From: the human T2T-CHM13v2.0 reference genome, Homo sapiens
Reading direction: 5' to 3' (one strand)
DNA length: 64,000 nucleotides
NCBI RefSeq assembly: GCF_009914755.1
Contig: NC_060927.1
Every line of letters begins with the position of its first letter. The first letter of the stretch is position 1. This document shows, one piece after another, positions 15,258 through 30,030 of this stretch. The position numbers and the translations under genes were made by a program. The notes beneath the pieces were generated by a model. That model was given only the letters and a program-made list of their open reading frames with translations, had not been told where the DNA came from and made no database searches.

Positions 15258-15613
15258 TTAGAGACATGATTCTTTCTCCTGCATTCTAATGAATAACTCA
15301 CTTTAGAATTATACAGCAACCAGGTGGTGTTACTCTTACTTGCTAATGAATGTAAGTAACTCCCTGTGGCAATACAGAAGTTGAGTAAGCAGGAAAGTGT
15401 CTTCAGGTACTGAAATTGTCTATTGATTTTCAATAGACACAGCCTAGGGCAGCATTCCCCAAATTTACTGATTATAAGGCAGCATTTCCCAAATCTCCAG
15501 ACACTCTTGTTAAACAAAATGATTCTTAGGCCTCGCTCAGAGTAATAAGTCCCTCAAGTGATTCTTATTGTCTTGGTTTGGGAAACACTGGTCTGGGGTT
15601 AAGGGGAGCATAA

Positions 15614-16025
<412 letters not shown>

Positions 16026-16260
16026 AGAAGAATGTTTTTAAAGCATGAAATAAATACAGTGGTTCATAAAGGATATCAGTTTTATTGAAATATAATTGTC
16101 AAAGTATTTAAAATATATGTGTTTCTTTAATAATTCATTAAATAACAAGATCTAGTGGCAGGTCCAAAATTCCTATAATTTCAAAGAAATGATGAGTATA
16201 AGTGATGTTTCAAGATGTCCGCAACAATCATAATGTGGTTTGAAAATATAAATATCATCA

Positions 16261-16557
<297 letters not shown>

Positions 16558-16962
16558 TTATTTACATCCAAGTTGATGAACTCCCCAGATTAAGAACTCC
16601 AACTCTAAAGGGATGAATTTTTAGTTATTTGGAAATATCTAAGAGGCAAAGATAGAAGTACTTCTCTAATTAGCCTCTTCAGTCCATTTTTGTTTGCCAC
16701 ATTTGGAGTATTTCTTGGTGGGAGGGTTGCTGTGGGGCAAAACAGAATAATAAATAAGGATTTTTCACTTCTCTGCATCTTCATTTCTCCATCTATGAAA
16801 TAGGGGGTTTGTAGCTTATTGGTTCCCAAATGTCGTAGCAGATGACTAGCTGGTTGCACAAGTCACATAAGGTGGGAGTGGGGCCTGGGGCTTACTCTAG
16901 ACTTCCAGGGCTGCCCTGGAAATGCTGGTTTGGTAGACCCGAGGTAGACCCAACAGTTTGTA

Positions 16963-17655
<693 letters not shown>

Positions 17656-20600
17656 CCCCCTAATGAACGTTTAGCTCAGAGCTGCTCAAAGTTTAGGTGC
17701 ATAAGAAGTATGGAGGAGCTCATTTGGATATGAGACTCCAAGACTCATCCTCAGAGAAACCATGTCAGTAGAATATGGCCAGGAATTTCCTGTGGTTGGA
17801 TCACACTGTGGAAATGATGGCAAAAATAATCTCCAAGCCCTTCCAGCTTTAATATTCTATGACTTTTATCAAAATCCAGAGTTTGGTGACGAGATCGTGA
17901 GAATCTCCTGTCTTTGTTTTCCAGTAGGGAGGTCTTAAATTATCATTTGGGGTTTTTTGAGCTGTGGTAAAACTTTCCTTTAAAAAAACCCACTTCTTTA
18001 TTTTTAATAATCAATATCATTACAAAACTCAAAGATTCTTCCCTTCCCAAAATTTTGCTATTCTTTTCTTTCATCACAGTCCGACCTCGATCGCTTTTTC
18101 TGTGGTGCGTTTCCTTGCCTGAACTCATCCTATTCTATCTTGCTTGACTACCTTTCTTAATCCTCAAGTTTTTCCTCCTGTCTACACTGGGACCCAAGTA
18201 GTCTGAGTTTAGTATTCCAAATGTTCCCCTGGCCGCTTATACTGCCTTTCTATCCTGATAAAAGTGTTTTAAACATCACAAAAGGTGCTTCACTGAGTGG
18301 AACAAAATGAGAAGTTTGTGCTTGGAGAGGAAGCTCTGGAGTGCAGACGGTAAAGCAGGAAATTAAAATCTTGAGAGGAAATCTGAGACAGAACTATTTG
18401 GGATGGTACAGAAAAGTTGAGAAAATGCTGCAAACTGAATTAAGCAGATAGCCAAGCCAGAAGCCCTCTGAAATATAATCTTCTGTGAGGTCACCTGCTT
18501 GGTTTTTGTCCTGAACTTATCTGCCAGGCTTGAGGACAGAGAATACTGAAGCACGTCAGTGACTGGTCCCTGTGGGCCCCCTTATATATGCCCAAGTGAA
18601 GGCTCCTGTGTGTCTTAAAGATGAGAATGATACCAATGAAAGCTGACTGTGGTTCCCACTTACTGACTATCCTCTTCTATCTTTTCAATAAATAGTCCCT
18701 AGATGCCACTGTGAATCTATGAGATCGCTGGGCAGTATCCAAAGAAGAAACATATAACCTATGTTAAATCAATTTTTCAAGCTGGAACTCATGTGCCACA
18801 AGCCAGTCCAATCAGAGCACATCTTGATACTTCTACTAGAAATTCTAAGAAAAGGATTTTCTCTCTTGCTGTGAATGGTGTGGTGTGGACATGTGAGACC
18901 TATAGCTTAGCCTGTTGCCTGCAGGTAAGGTCAGTATATGGAAAAAGGCAGAGCTGAGAGAACTGTAGGGAAATGGAGCTGGTGCCCTGATGGAACTGTG
19001 CCTGCAGCCCACCCTACCAGAGGACTTTATAAAGTTCCTGGTATGACAGCCAATGCATTCTGTTTTTTCATTTAAGCCAATTGGAGTTAAGCTGTTTTAA
19101 ACTTATAATTAAAAGTGTCTTAAGTGAGATATTTATAGATCAAAAGTTTTGGTTATCAAAATACTCTATCAGTTGATGACAGCTGAGTCTAACATCAGCT
19201 CAGGGTGGAAAATGTTGTTGTCACCTCCATTTTATGCACTTAAATCCATGTCTTCTGACTCCAAGTTCTGAGTCTTTTTCTCACAGCATGACACTGTGTT
19301 GAAATGACATTCATCCCAGTGAATTCCAATAAAGGAAATGTGATACTTTATTGCCTACGTCAGAGCAATTCCCCACCCCTACATCTTTTATAAATAAAAC
19401 ACACGTTTTCATTTTTTCTTTTTTGGCTTCCTTTGCAGCTAAAGGTGGCCTCATGACTAAGTTCTGGCCAATTAAGCTTATGTGAAACCTCTTAGAAACA
19501 TGCTTTAAGCTACTACAGGGAAAGTGCATGCTCTCTCTCTCTCTCTCTCTCTCATTTCCTGCTGTCCCTACCCATCCTATTTTTGAATACTGCCATGGTG
19601 CTGGGGGCTATGGCAAGATAAAGAACTAAGCCAGCTTGCCAAGGATGGTGAAGAGGAAGGATGGAAAAGTCTGGTCTGTGATGACACCATGGGGCAGCTG
19701 AACCAACACAATAATTCTTTTCCTCCAGAATTCTGGTTATTTGAAAAACATTAAATGCAGTTAAACCACAACTAATCAAGGTTTCCAATATTTACAGCCA
19801 AAACATTCCTACCTCATAAATACTGGTGTCTGGCAAAATGAGCCAATTTTCCTTCGAAGAAGGTGGATGTGTTCAAATCAAAGCACATGCGGCTATGAAT
19901 CTGGTGAATCTTTTGGATCCCAAAGTGGTGTTCTTCTCATGTACATCTTATCTTCCTGGGGGCCCTCAAGCCTACAGCAGTCTCGGTGGTCAACATTGCA
20001 CCCTTTTCTTTTCCAAAGGGAGCTCTTAGGTATAATTAAGTAATTAGTAGAGTAGCTACTCAAACTGTACTATCATTAGGACAAGTTAGTGAGAATAATA
20101 CTTTGCTTCTTCTTGAGGAACATGGATTTATGTATTCATAGCCCATATTTTAAGGGCTCAAAGTGCTCTTTTCTTTCATTAAGGTGCCTCATTTGCCTCT
20201 AAGGAAAGATAGGAAAACATTTGAGATTAAGAAAAGTATAGACTGATGTAAGATGGAGAGACTTGGTCCTCTGTATTCTTCACTGGCTTTAGGGCCTCTT
20301 TTTGGTCTTACCAACTCGCTTCAAGACATTGACTGGGTCTTGAAGCAAATTGGTAAGACCAAAAAGAGGTCCTAAAGCCAGTGAGGAGACGTCTCTGCTC
20401 CCCTGAATCTTCCTTGTGTGAATATAGATTTTAAAAATCATGCTCTTATTGCTTCTCAGCCTTTTGGTTAAGATCAAATGTAAAAATTATGATCTTGATC
20501 ACTGAATACCTACATGAAATAACCTGTTGGACAGAGGGCATAGTATTATGGTTTTTATGGGGAGAAACCAAAAACTTCATCAGAGCTGTTCTCATGGAAG

Positions 20601-22697
20601 AAAACCTATATGTACTACTACAGTGATTTCTTTAAGGCCTTTGGCAAGATTTCCTGTCATTTTCTATAGTCTCACCTGCCCTTCTATGCTCAGTAGTAGA
20701 ATAGGAGCACCAGTATATCAGAAGGTATGGCTAGAAGGGGTGCCATGGATTTCTAGTGTGGAAAAGTCACAATGTCTATCTCCTAAACCAGTACATACAG
20801 ATGTTTTCCAGTATGGTCCAACCAGAGTCCTAGAAATAATCACAAATACATAGCCAACAAATGCCCCTGAGTGGCTTTGTTACAGACACCAAAAGCCTGG
20901 TTTTATCTTAGAGGGAATAAAAATGCTCATTAGAGTGAAGGTCCACTGCCTACATTTCTTCCTGCCATTCATCCTTCTGGAGGACTTAACATTCCTTGGA
21001 ACACATAGAAATGGACAAAAACATTTTAGGAAGATGATGACAGTGCTATGAGTTATTGACCAATTCATATTGGCTGGTTGCACCTAAAGCGCCTCATTCT
21101 TGAACAGAAATATCACATGCTTCGAAATTTTTTCAGGCTCATTATTGTTGGATGTAAAATAACAAATAGCTCGTCCCCAAAAGTCCTCTCCCCAAAAAGT
21201 CTGAGTGTAACAATAGATAGAGAGGCAGATGGTATTAGCAGGAATAGCCCATATAATGCATACATTACAGAGAAGATTCATTTCATCATTCATATATCAA
21301 ATGTTATAGCAGTTAGCATGTATTTTGTGCCAGGTAGTATGTTTAGGCTACAGGAGATGAAGAGTAAAGATCTAGTCTCTGACTTCAAGGTTGACTCAGA
21401 CTAATTGGGTTGACAGAAAAATCAAGATAATTATAAGACCCTTCACCCTCCCAACTAGGATTATCCTAACTGGGAAGAATAAATGCATATTTTTTCCTCA
21501 AGTATTCCCTTAGCCTTTAGATCTACACAGCCTAGTTGTTTTTCTTCTTTTCCTTTTATTTCTCTGTTTTCTTTTTTTCTCTCTTTATGTCTCCCCCTTG
21601 AGATCATAAGTCTAATTTTAGTTCCCAGCCATTCTTTAACAAAGGTATTAGCACAGGCAGTCTATGTACAAGGTTTTTGCTCTCCCGTGATATGTCATAC
21701 TTAATTAACTGTCACTTTTACTATCAATATTAACTGAGATATTAATTTGATGAATCTTAATTTCTCTTAATCATAGCATCATTTTGATCCTTCATTGGAT
21801 ACCTCTTTAAAATGACACACAGTGCAGAGGAGAAATATTAATAGTATACTCAGGTTTTTTTAAAAAAACATATCTTAAGTAATTGCATGTTTTCCTGGTA
21901 AGAATATCTGTTTCTTGAACAGATATGGTCACCCTGATTTCTTTGTTAGCAAATGGGTGTTTTGTCTTGACCACCCCCTGGCTCTGTTTTGCACTCCCAA
22001 TTGAAAATACTTTCAAATTTAATAAATGTTTCTCCCCAAAAGAATTCACCAGGATCTGCTGCACTATCTCTCTGGCAAAGGCTCTGTACTATTCATGGAC
22101 ACATGGAAAATATACATTTGAGGGTTTTGTCTGTTCCTTTGGTAGCAGAGTCTATGGAGAACTGGTACCCAGGAGGAAAGAGCAAAGAGGGACTGAGCCA
22201 TCGAAAGAAGTCTGATCTGTTCGCTGGTCATTCTTTCTATCTTCCCTTACATTCACTAATTTTTTTTTTCTATAATTCCTTTTTCCTCCTGGCCTCACAT
22301 CCCTCCTGCACACCCTCACCCTCATATACATTAAACACTGGTGAAGAGGTCTTCTGGACTGCTTCACCCAGCCCACCATGTCATTGAGACATGTCTGGCA
22401 CAGAGAATAAACTCTAGGCCATATTAGGAAGAGTCCCGTCACTCAAATCCAGTCACCTGAACACTGGAGACCCATGAACAGAATCATTCTCAGCTCCTTG
22501 GTTCTGATGTGGATGAGGGACAGGATGGTGACTGTTTTCCAGAGCTTTAACTCTCTCATTACAGGGAGAATGAGAGCTCTCCTTCCTTCCTCAGTTCCTG
22601 ACTGTCTGGGGAGTCTTTTGAGCCCCAAAGGCCAGAACTCAGGGAAGACAAGTACTAGCACAGTCATAGAGACAACATGCACCTGAAGTCTACTCAC

Positions 22698-22967
22698 CTC
22701 CAGGTATACCACCCAGGGCATCACCAAGGTGGCCACCAGCAAGTCTGCCACAGCCAGGCTCACTACTAAGTAGTTGGTGGTAGTCTGCAGGGCCCGCTCC
22801 TTCAGCACAGCCATGCACACCAGGCCATTGCCGAAGACGATGGCCAGGATGAGCGCGCAGTAGGAGAGGGCATAGTAGGCATGTGGGCGGGCCTGGCTGG
22901 CACCTGTGGAGTTCTCTGCCCCACAGGTGTAGTTCAGGTGGCTACTCAGCTGGCTCAGAGATGCCAT
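22698..22967 (-). CDS. DRD3: Dopamine D3 receptor, first coding exon (codons 1-90: N-terminus, TM1, TM2); Ser9 allele
   Basis: Translates [54 protein letters not shown]...[26 protein letters not shown], the recognised DRD3 N-terminus with class A GPCR GN and LAxAD motifs. Strong Kozak (gctATGG). Donor GAG|GTGAGT at 22698/22697. Acceptor ctcacAG| at 23003/23002 gives 35 nt of UTR in this exon. Confidence 0.98.
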
Positions 22968-23084
22968 AGCCCAGAGGGAGGTGCGTGATGCCAAGGGGCT
23001 TCCTGTGAGGAGACAGAAAACAATATTAATAAAATCAGACTCTTTGGGGCTTGGTTGCTTAGTTACATTTTTTTATTTATTGCA

Positions 23085-23620
23085 TCAGCAAATATTTATT
23101 GAGCATTTTCTATATAGTAGGCACTGTTGTGAGAGTTGGAGATAGAGCAATGAACAAAACAGATAAAATTTTAATTCCTTCCCTTTGAAGCTCCCATTCT
23201 AGAGGAGAAGACAGATAATAAACAAGATAAATAAAAGATGTGGTGTGTTCAATAATGATACGTATATTGGAGACAAATCAGAGAGGCAGGTAAGTAACGG
23301 GTGAAGATTGTGCGTATGTGAGTGAGTATCTGAGTATAATCAGGAACTCCTCATGGAGAAATCAGCAATTGAGTCTTGACCTGGAGGAGATCAGGAAGCA
23401 GACCATGCAGTTATCAGATGTGATAGCAGTCTGAGCAGTGAGAACAACACGGGCCAGCAGGAAGGGCTAGCACATAGAAGTCACAGGAGGGAGTCTGGTG
23501 AGGCTGGAGCCAAGTGAGGCAGGAGTAGAATAGGAGGGTGTGAGGTAGACAGATTGTGCAGGGCTATTGAAAGTACCATGCTTGGACTCTGAGTGAGATG
23601 GGAAGCTGTTGCAGGATTAC
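23085..23620. mobile_element. L2 fragment immediately upstream of the first coding exon
   Basis: cagcaaatatttattgagc terminus and typical L2 body. Confidence 0.6.
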
Positions 23621-23930
23621 AATCCCAGCTCTGCTGCTTCCTAACTCTGGGACCTTATGCATATTACTTTACCTCTCTGAGCTCCAGATTCTTCCCATGT
23701 AAAATGTGGGAATAATGAAACCCATCTATCTTAGTCCATTTTGGGTTGCTATAACAGAACACCTGAGTCTGGGTAATTTATAAAGAGCAGAAATTTATTG
23801 TCTCACAGTTCTGAAGGCTAGGGGAAGACATAAGGCCTGTGACTTAGGGAGTAACCCTGAAACCCAAGCAAAAGTGACTCTTGCCCCAAGCTCTAGAGGA
23901 GGTGCTATAGAGGAGTCCACTCTGGTCTTC

Positions 23931-24296
23931 TGCTGTGGTCTCGGTGTTTGTGTCTCCCTAAATTCATATGTAGAAATCCTAATTCCCAATATGATGGTAT
24001 TAGGAGGTGGGGGTCTTTGAGAGGTGATTAGGTTATGAGGGCAGAGCCCTCATGAATAAGATTAGTGCTTTTATAAAAGAGACCCAGAGAGCTAGCTAAT
24101 CTCTTTCACCATGGGAAGACATAGTGAAAAGACAGCCATCTATGAACCAGAAAGCAGGCCCTCACCAGACACTGAATCTTCTGGTGCCTTGATCTTGGAC
24201 TTCCCAGCCTTCAGAACTGTCAAAAATAGATATCTGTTGTTTATAAACTACTCAGTTTATGGTATTTTGTGATAGCAGCCCAAAAGGACTAAGGCA
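23931..24296 (+). mobile_element. MLT1A/MST-type MaLR LTR
   Basis: tgctgtggtc...gagccctcatgaataagattagtgc...gatagcagcccaaaaggactaaggca. Confidence 0.82.
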
Positions 24297-25390
24297 CCCT
24301 CTACTGGTTATGCCTCTAACCTCTATAGAATGATGTTGTAACCTCCCACAGTGCCAAGGAGAAGGTCCACTAAGTTTACAACCCTGTCTAGACCACACTC
24401 AGGGAATTCTCTACCCAACTGCTCAGAGCCTGTTTCCAAGACATCACGGGTCTCATTCTAAATCTCTCACTCTGACGGGAGACTGTGCCATAAATGTGTA
24501 GGGTTCCTGGGGCCAAGTGGTGGCTTTCAGTTAGAGCTCAGACAAATAGATTCTATGTAGCCTGAGGTTGGGAGAGAAGAGGCCAGGGTCCCTGAAGCAG
24601 ATTAGGGGTGGGGGCCCAGCTTCTCCTGTATGATCACATTTTGTATGGAATTTTGAAAGGTCCAGGAATCTTAAATTCAAACTTGGCCTTCCATGTTGTT
24701 ACGAAGGTGTATTTGTCAAGGTGGGAGGATGAAACATTTTACTCAATGGCTTGTTGGTTACAACTTTAAAATATTTAAGCATGGTACATATAGACCTTTA
24801 TGGGAACTCTCTCTTCAGGCCTTGGCAAAAGTAGAGGCTGACTTGGTGGCCAGAATTTGCCCTCAAGCCAGGTATCTGTAGCTCTCCCTTGATTAGGAGA
24901 CCGGCCTAATCATGGCTGTCATTTTGTACCTCACTTTGAAATGTTTCAGCCTGAAATATGAAAGAGTTAAAATGAACAAATAATTGGGAAAGGGTGACAA
25001 ACTTGGAATGAATTTAGAGAATTGTTTAAAAAAATTGTCCTTTATCTTGGCACACTGTTTGCACTCAATGTATTTTAAAACATAATAATAATTCTTGATA
25101 ATAATTATAATTTTCTCATTATTCAGAGGAGGGCAGCCGCTACCCTGGAGATAGCACCGCTGCTGCCAAGAGCTTTTGGAAAAATACAATGCTTTCTGAT
25201 TGTTCAAGGATATTCCCACTTTTAAGGCAGGCTGAGGCCCAAATGTCTTCCCTTTCACAACTGGGCCACTTTGGAACACAGTGGCCAGAATCCCTCTTTT
25301 CTGGGGTCTGCAACTGGTGAATAATGTCTTAGCCTCCTCTCACCTGCCACGTAAGAGGGAGGCATAAAACCTTAGGATACTTGTTACTCT

Positions 25391-26788
25391 TTTGCTGGAC
25401 TTTTTACTCTGCCAAGAGGTTTGACAGCTACCTAAAAATAGTATAGCTGAATGCCAGTGGCTAATTATACAAAGGGAAACCCTCAACTCTGAAAATCAAT
25501 TCTGAGCCTGATGTTGGAATCACAGTTGCATGGATTTCTGATTTCATATTTATTTTTTCCACATCTGATCTTAGATCCTTTATAGCAGCAGGTGGGTTAA
25601 ACCGTGATTGTTCAGGTAGTTTCTGATGAGTTGTGGATGTGGGAGATGAAAGCAAAGATGAGTGAGATGCTAGATTACTCTCTATCCCTCAGCTAATTGT
25701 TTCAACTTCCTCCCTGCTTAGATTTTTTTTTTTTTTTTCAAACCAGAGTTGCTTATATAACACAGAACTGAGCTGGGCTTTCTTCTTTCTTTTCCCCTCT
25801 GTTAGATATGCTAACAGATAGGAAACGGGTCTCAGGTAAGAAGAAGCAAAGAGCCTAGAGAATTCATTAACTCAATCACTCTCTAAGTAATTTACAATGA
25901 TAGGCTGGTTTCCTCATCAGCAAAATGGAGATAATCATATCCATTCCATAAGGTTATTATGAAGACTAAATGAGATTATATACATGAAGTTTGGCACTAC
26001 TGACAATTTGGGCTGAATAATTCTTTGTTGAGGAGGTTGTCCTGTGCATTGTGGGGGGTTTAACAGCATCCTTTACATATACCCACTAGATGCCAGTAGC
26101 ATACCCCTCCCCACAAGTTGGGACAATAAAAAATGCTTCTAGACATTGCCACATATCCTGGAGCGGGGGTGCAAATTGCTCTCCCCATGAAGAATCATCA
26201 CTCTAGCATAATGTCTGGCACATAGCACTAGAAATATAGTTGCTTTTATTGTTAAGAGGAAAGTGGGAATAGGTGAAGAGTTAAATAAGCTGCAATTGTA
26301 AAGTATCTAGTGAACTTGGAAATGATGACTGACATTCATGGTGGCATTCATGCTTAAACATTCATGAAGACATTCTTAATGTCATCATGTCAACATTCAT
26401 GATGACATGCTTAAACATTCAGGACGATATTCATGATGGCATTCATGCTTACAAAATCTAAGCAGGGAGGAAGTTGAAACAATTAGCTGAGAGACAGAGA
26501 GTAATCTAGCATCTCACTCATTTTTGCTTTCATCTCCCACATCCACAACTCATCAGAAACTACCTGAACAATCACGGTTTAACCCACCTTCTGCTATAAA
26601 GGATCTAAGATCAGATGTGGAAAAAATAAATATGAAATCAGAAATCCATGCAACTGTGATTCCAACATCAGGCTCAGAATTGATTTTCAGAGTTGAGGGT
26701 TTCCCTTTGTATAATTAGCCACTGGCATTCAGCTATACTATTTTTAGGTAGCTGTCAAACCTCTTGGCAGAGGAAAAAGTCCAGCAAA
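25391..26788. repeat. Long inverted repeat: arms 25391-25726 and 26453-26788 (336 bp each), 726-bp spacer
   Basis: Base-by-base reverse-complement comparison gives 5 mismatches and no indels. The ORF track shows mirrored ORFs 25461-25655(-) and 26524-26718(+) differing by one residue. Confidence 0.97.
25990..26205. mobile_element. MER20-like DNA transposon nested in a MIR (~25880-26255), inside the inverted-repeat spacer
   Basis: ggcactactgaca...ctgtgcattgtgggg...cccactagatgccagtagc...tctagacattgcca; MIR core resumes after it. Confidence 0.72.
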
Positions 26789-27292
26789 CAGTGTTAGGAG
26801 TTAAAAGTGGATAGGAGGTAAAAGAATAGAGAAGGCAGAGAAATAGAAGATTACTCTTGGCGTCAGTCTTTTAAGATTCATTACATATAACACTACTTAC
26901 ACATTTTAATGAGCTTTTAAATGCCTTACAAAGTATTGATTTATCTTGGTCTTTATAGTTTGTTCTGGCATCTCTTAGAGTGAGTGCATAACCTATTTAA
27001 AAAGGCAGGGGAACAGAGAGTTGTCAGGTCCCCATCAGTTATGACATTTGTCCTGCTTTGCTGATGTTCAATCCCTCAGTGCTGAATAACAGTCTTCCTG
27101 AAACATTCGTGGGGTTCCTCCTTAGCACCTCATTAAGACTTACAGAGTTTTAATTATTTGTTCTCTTTCTGTAAGAAAACAAATGAAGATGAAGACAACT
27201 ACATCTGGGCTACTACTGTGTGGCAAGTATGAGTACTTTACATGCATTTTAATACTTATAGCAGCATGGAAGTTGACGTTAGTCATTCCCAG

Positions 27293-27684
<392 letters not shown>

Positions 27685-29631
27685 TCATTTCACAGATCTC
27701 TGGCTGTTGCTACATCTAATCTTTTACTCAGACGACTCCTGACCACCAGTCGCCAGAGCTTTTCTGGTCTGGGCTGTAATTCGGACTTGCTATATTGCCT
27801 GATAAAATTAATAATTATAGCTAAAATTTATAAGCATTATCATCATTCAACCTCACAACAACCTGATGAAGAAGGTAAGCACTATTATCCTATCAAGTTT
27901 TCTAGATAAAAAAGGTGAGTCACAGAGAGGTTAAATATCTTGCTGAGATCACAAACCAGTAAATGATGGAGTTGATTCAACCCAAGATTTGTCTGATTCC
28001 AGAGCTCATGTTCTTAACTATGCCACTTAACTATGCCACTTTTTGGGGTGAGGCAGACAAATGTGAAATGGGTACTAATTTTACAATCTCACTTGTTCAG
28101 AGTATGTGAACATGTCACATCATCTGACTAGGCTTGGTGAAGTAATGCAGGTGCACACTGCTCATAGAGCCAGTGGGAGTTACATTGTTATTATTATTAG
28201 AGATAGTCTTTAGCATTTCTATGCTACTTTCTTCTTGCAAATTGCTGCCTATTTTCCTGAAAAAGATTCACAAATGGATTGCAATACATAGCATATTTAT
28301 GTATTTGGGCACATTTACATTGTTGGTAAATGTACAGAGAAAAACTATTGCTGGTTACTGAGTAGCTAAGATAACAGTTTTTTCCCCTCATTAAACCTGA
28401 CTAGTAAAGCAGAGCATACTCACTTTCCTTCACAACCTCTAGAGACTGAGCATCCTACCATTCTAATCAGAGATAAAATGGGGAACTCAGCAAATAAATC
28501 AATCAATAAGCAAATATTAATTGATGACAAACTTCAATGCATTAGAAATTGAATCTGATATTGAGTAGAAACTGTTCGGTATTTGCTTTAATGTATATTC
28601 CATAACAAATAGCCTTCTGTATGGATGCTTTAATATTAGGCACCCATTTGGATACTGTCAGTATTTTCCTTGCTCAATACCCTTGCTCACTGCTAGCCAT
28701 ACAGACCCTTGAAAATATTCAACTACAAATAAATGAGTGCCGAGTAAGAATCTTTCTCACATTGTCTCTACTTCTCCTTGACTATAAGACATCCTAATGC
28801 CATGTCAAGCAGTGGTTCTTCACTCTTATCTAAGGACAGATATTTTACAGACCTTTTAGTATCAGTAAGCAAAGGCTTCACCTATAAAGTGAAATAGTCA
28901 TGCACAATGAGTTTAGAATCCAAGTTTCACTTTGCTATTGCTGCATTATTATTCATGCATGTATTTTGATGGTATTCAATTAAACTAAATGCATGAACTG
29001 GAACAAATACCTAATTGCAATGACTTCTGTTGCCCCAGTAAGCTACAGCAAGTAATGGAAGTCTCACAATTAAATAACAATACCCTAAAAATCATATACC
29101 ATCATCAAAGGAAACATACACAATCATCATCTCAAGTACTACATATCTCTGCTGGGAATAATTGGATTCTGACTTAGAAACAGCCTGACTTTAAATAGAC
29201 CATTGAAAATAGTGCCTCTCCAAACCTTCAGCTCTGAATTGCCAGGGTGCTGAATTGAGGAGTTTAAAATAACAGACCCTTACAATTAAGTAAAATCCTT
29301 AAGAGGAATACAATCAACTTCCATACAAATCCTAGAAATAATAACAGCTTTTTGTTTTCTATCTTTTAATTCTTCCTTGATATAGCTTCTAGAGCCCACA
29401 AGGATACAATTTTGGGGGAAAAAATAAAAGAAAAAGGAATATAAAAGGTTTCTGCTGTCCAACCACTTAGAAGAAAAAGAAAACCATTTCCTCAGGGCTT
29501 TGGTTTTTAAATAAGAGTGGATATTGAGTTTTAATGCATATTTTTAGAGATCCACAGAACCCCAAGCTGATTAAATAACCTTGAGGAAAATACTATGTCC
29601 TAAATTAGAAACGAAAAGAAAAATTACTTAC

Positions 29632-30030
29632 CCTAAAATTTTCTTCTGATTTCTGGAGACCGAGGAGTTTACCACTTCGGCTCCTGCAGCCATTTACTGA
29701 TAGCAGACATACCCAAGCAAAGCAAACTTTGCCTTTCTCAGGACTCAGAAACTATGAAATGAACAGAAAGAAATCACCCATTTTTGCCTCTAAGGTGAAA
29801 TTACTTGAGTGCTGCTTTTCCAGCTTCCCTATTAGACCTTAGTGCATGTTTCATAGCTGCTTTCGAATGTATCCGTTTTCTTTAGAGGATTTGGGAGGGA
29901 CCCTAAACTGAGCGTTGCTTGGGTCAGCCGCTCAGAGGTTCTGTCCTTGGTGCTGAAAGAGGGATGGAGTAGGCATAGGCAGTATCCGTTTTCTACCTCG
30001 CTCTCTTTTCCTCTTTGTCTCTCTATCTGC
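29632..30030 (-). other. DRD3: DRD3 non-coding 5'UTR exon / proximal promoter; internal acceptor at 29751 would define a 120-nt exon for upstream-initiated isoforms
   Basis: Consensus donor AGG|GTAAGT at 29632/29631. Polypyrimidine tract plus AG (tttctttctgttcatttcatAG|) ending at 29752. Consistent with my recollection of the DRD3 structure. The TSS/5' boundary is approximate. Confidence 0.75.
29937..29957 (-). promoter_or_regulatory. RE1/NRSE (REST binding site)
   Basis: TTCAGCACCAAGGACAGAACC matches the consensus TTCAGCACCACGGACAGCGCC at 18/21 positions, in exon 1 of a neuronal gene. Confidence 0.88.

Noticed and set aside
22443-22994. 183-aa ORF as a complete protein or N-terminally extended DRD3
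   Set aside because: It starts at a TTG, and the part after VYLE is read-through into the intron past a consensus GT donor; only 22698-22967 is supported as coding
25461-26718. Two near-identical 64-aa ORFs as a duplicated gene pair
   Set aside because: A by-product of the inverted repeat: TTG starts, no splice or promoter context, no recognisable domain
25391-26788. Inverted repeat as the TIRs of a DNA transposon
   Set aside because: No TSD or transposase remnant, the spacer is ancient MIR/MER20, and arm identity is too high for extinct human DNA transposons
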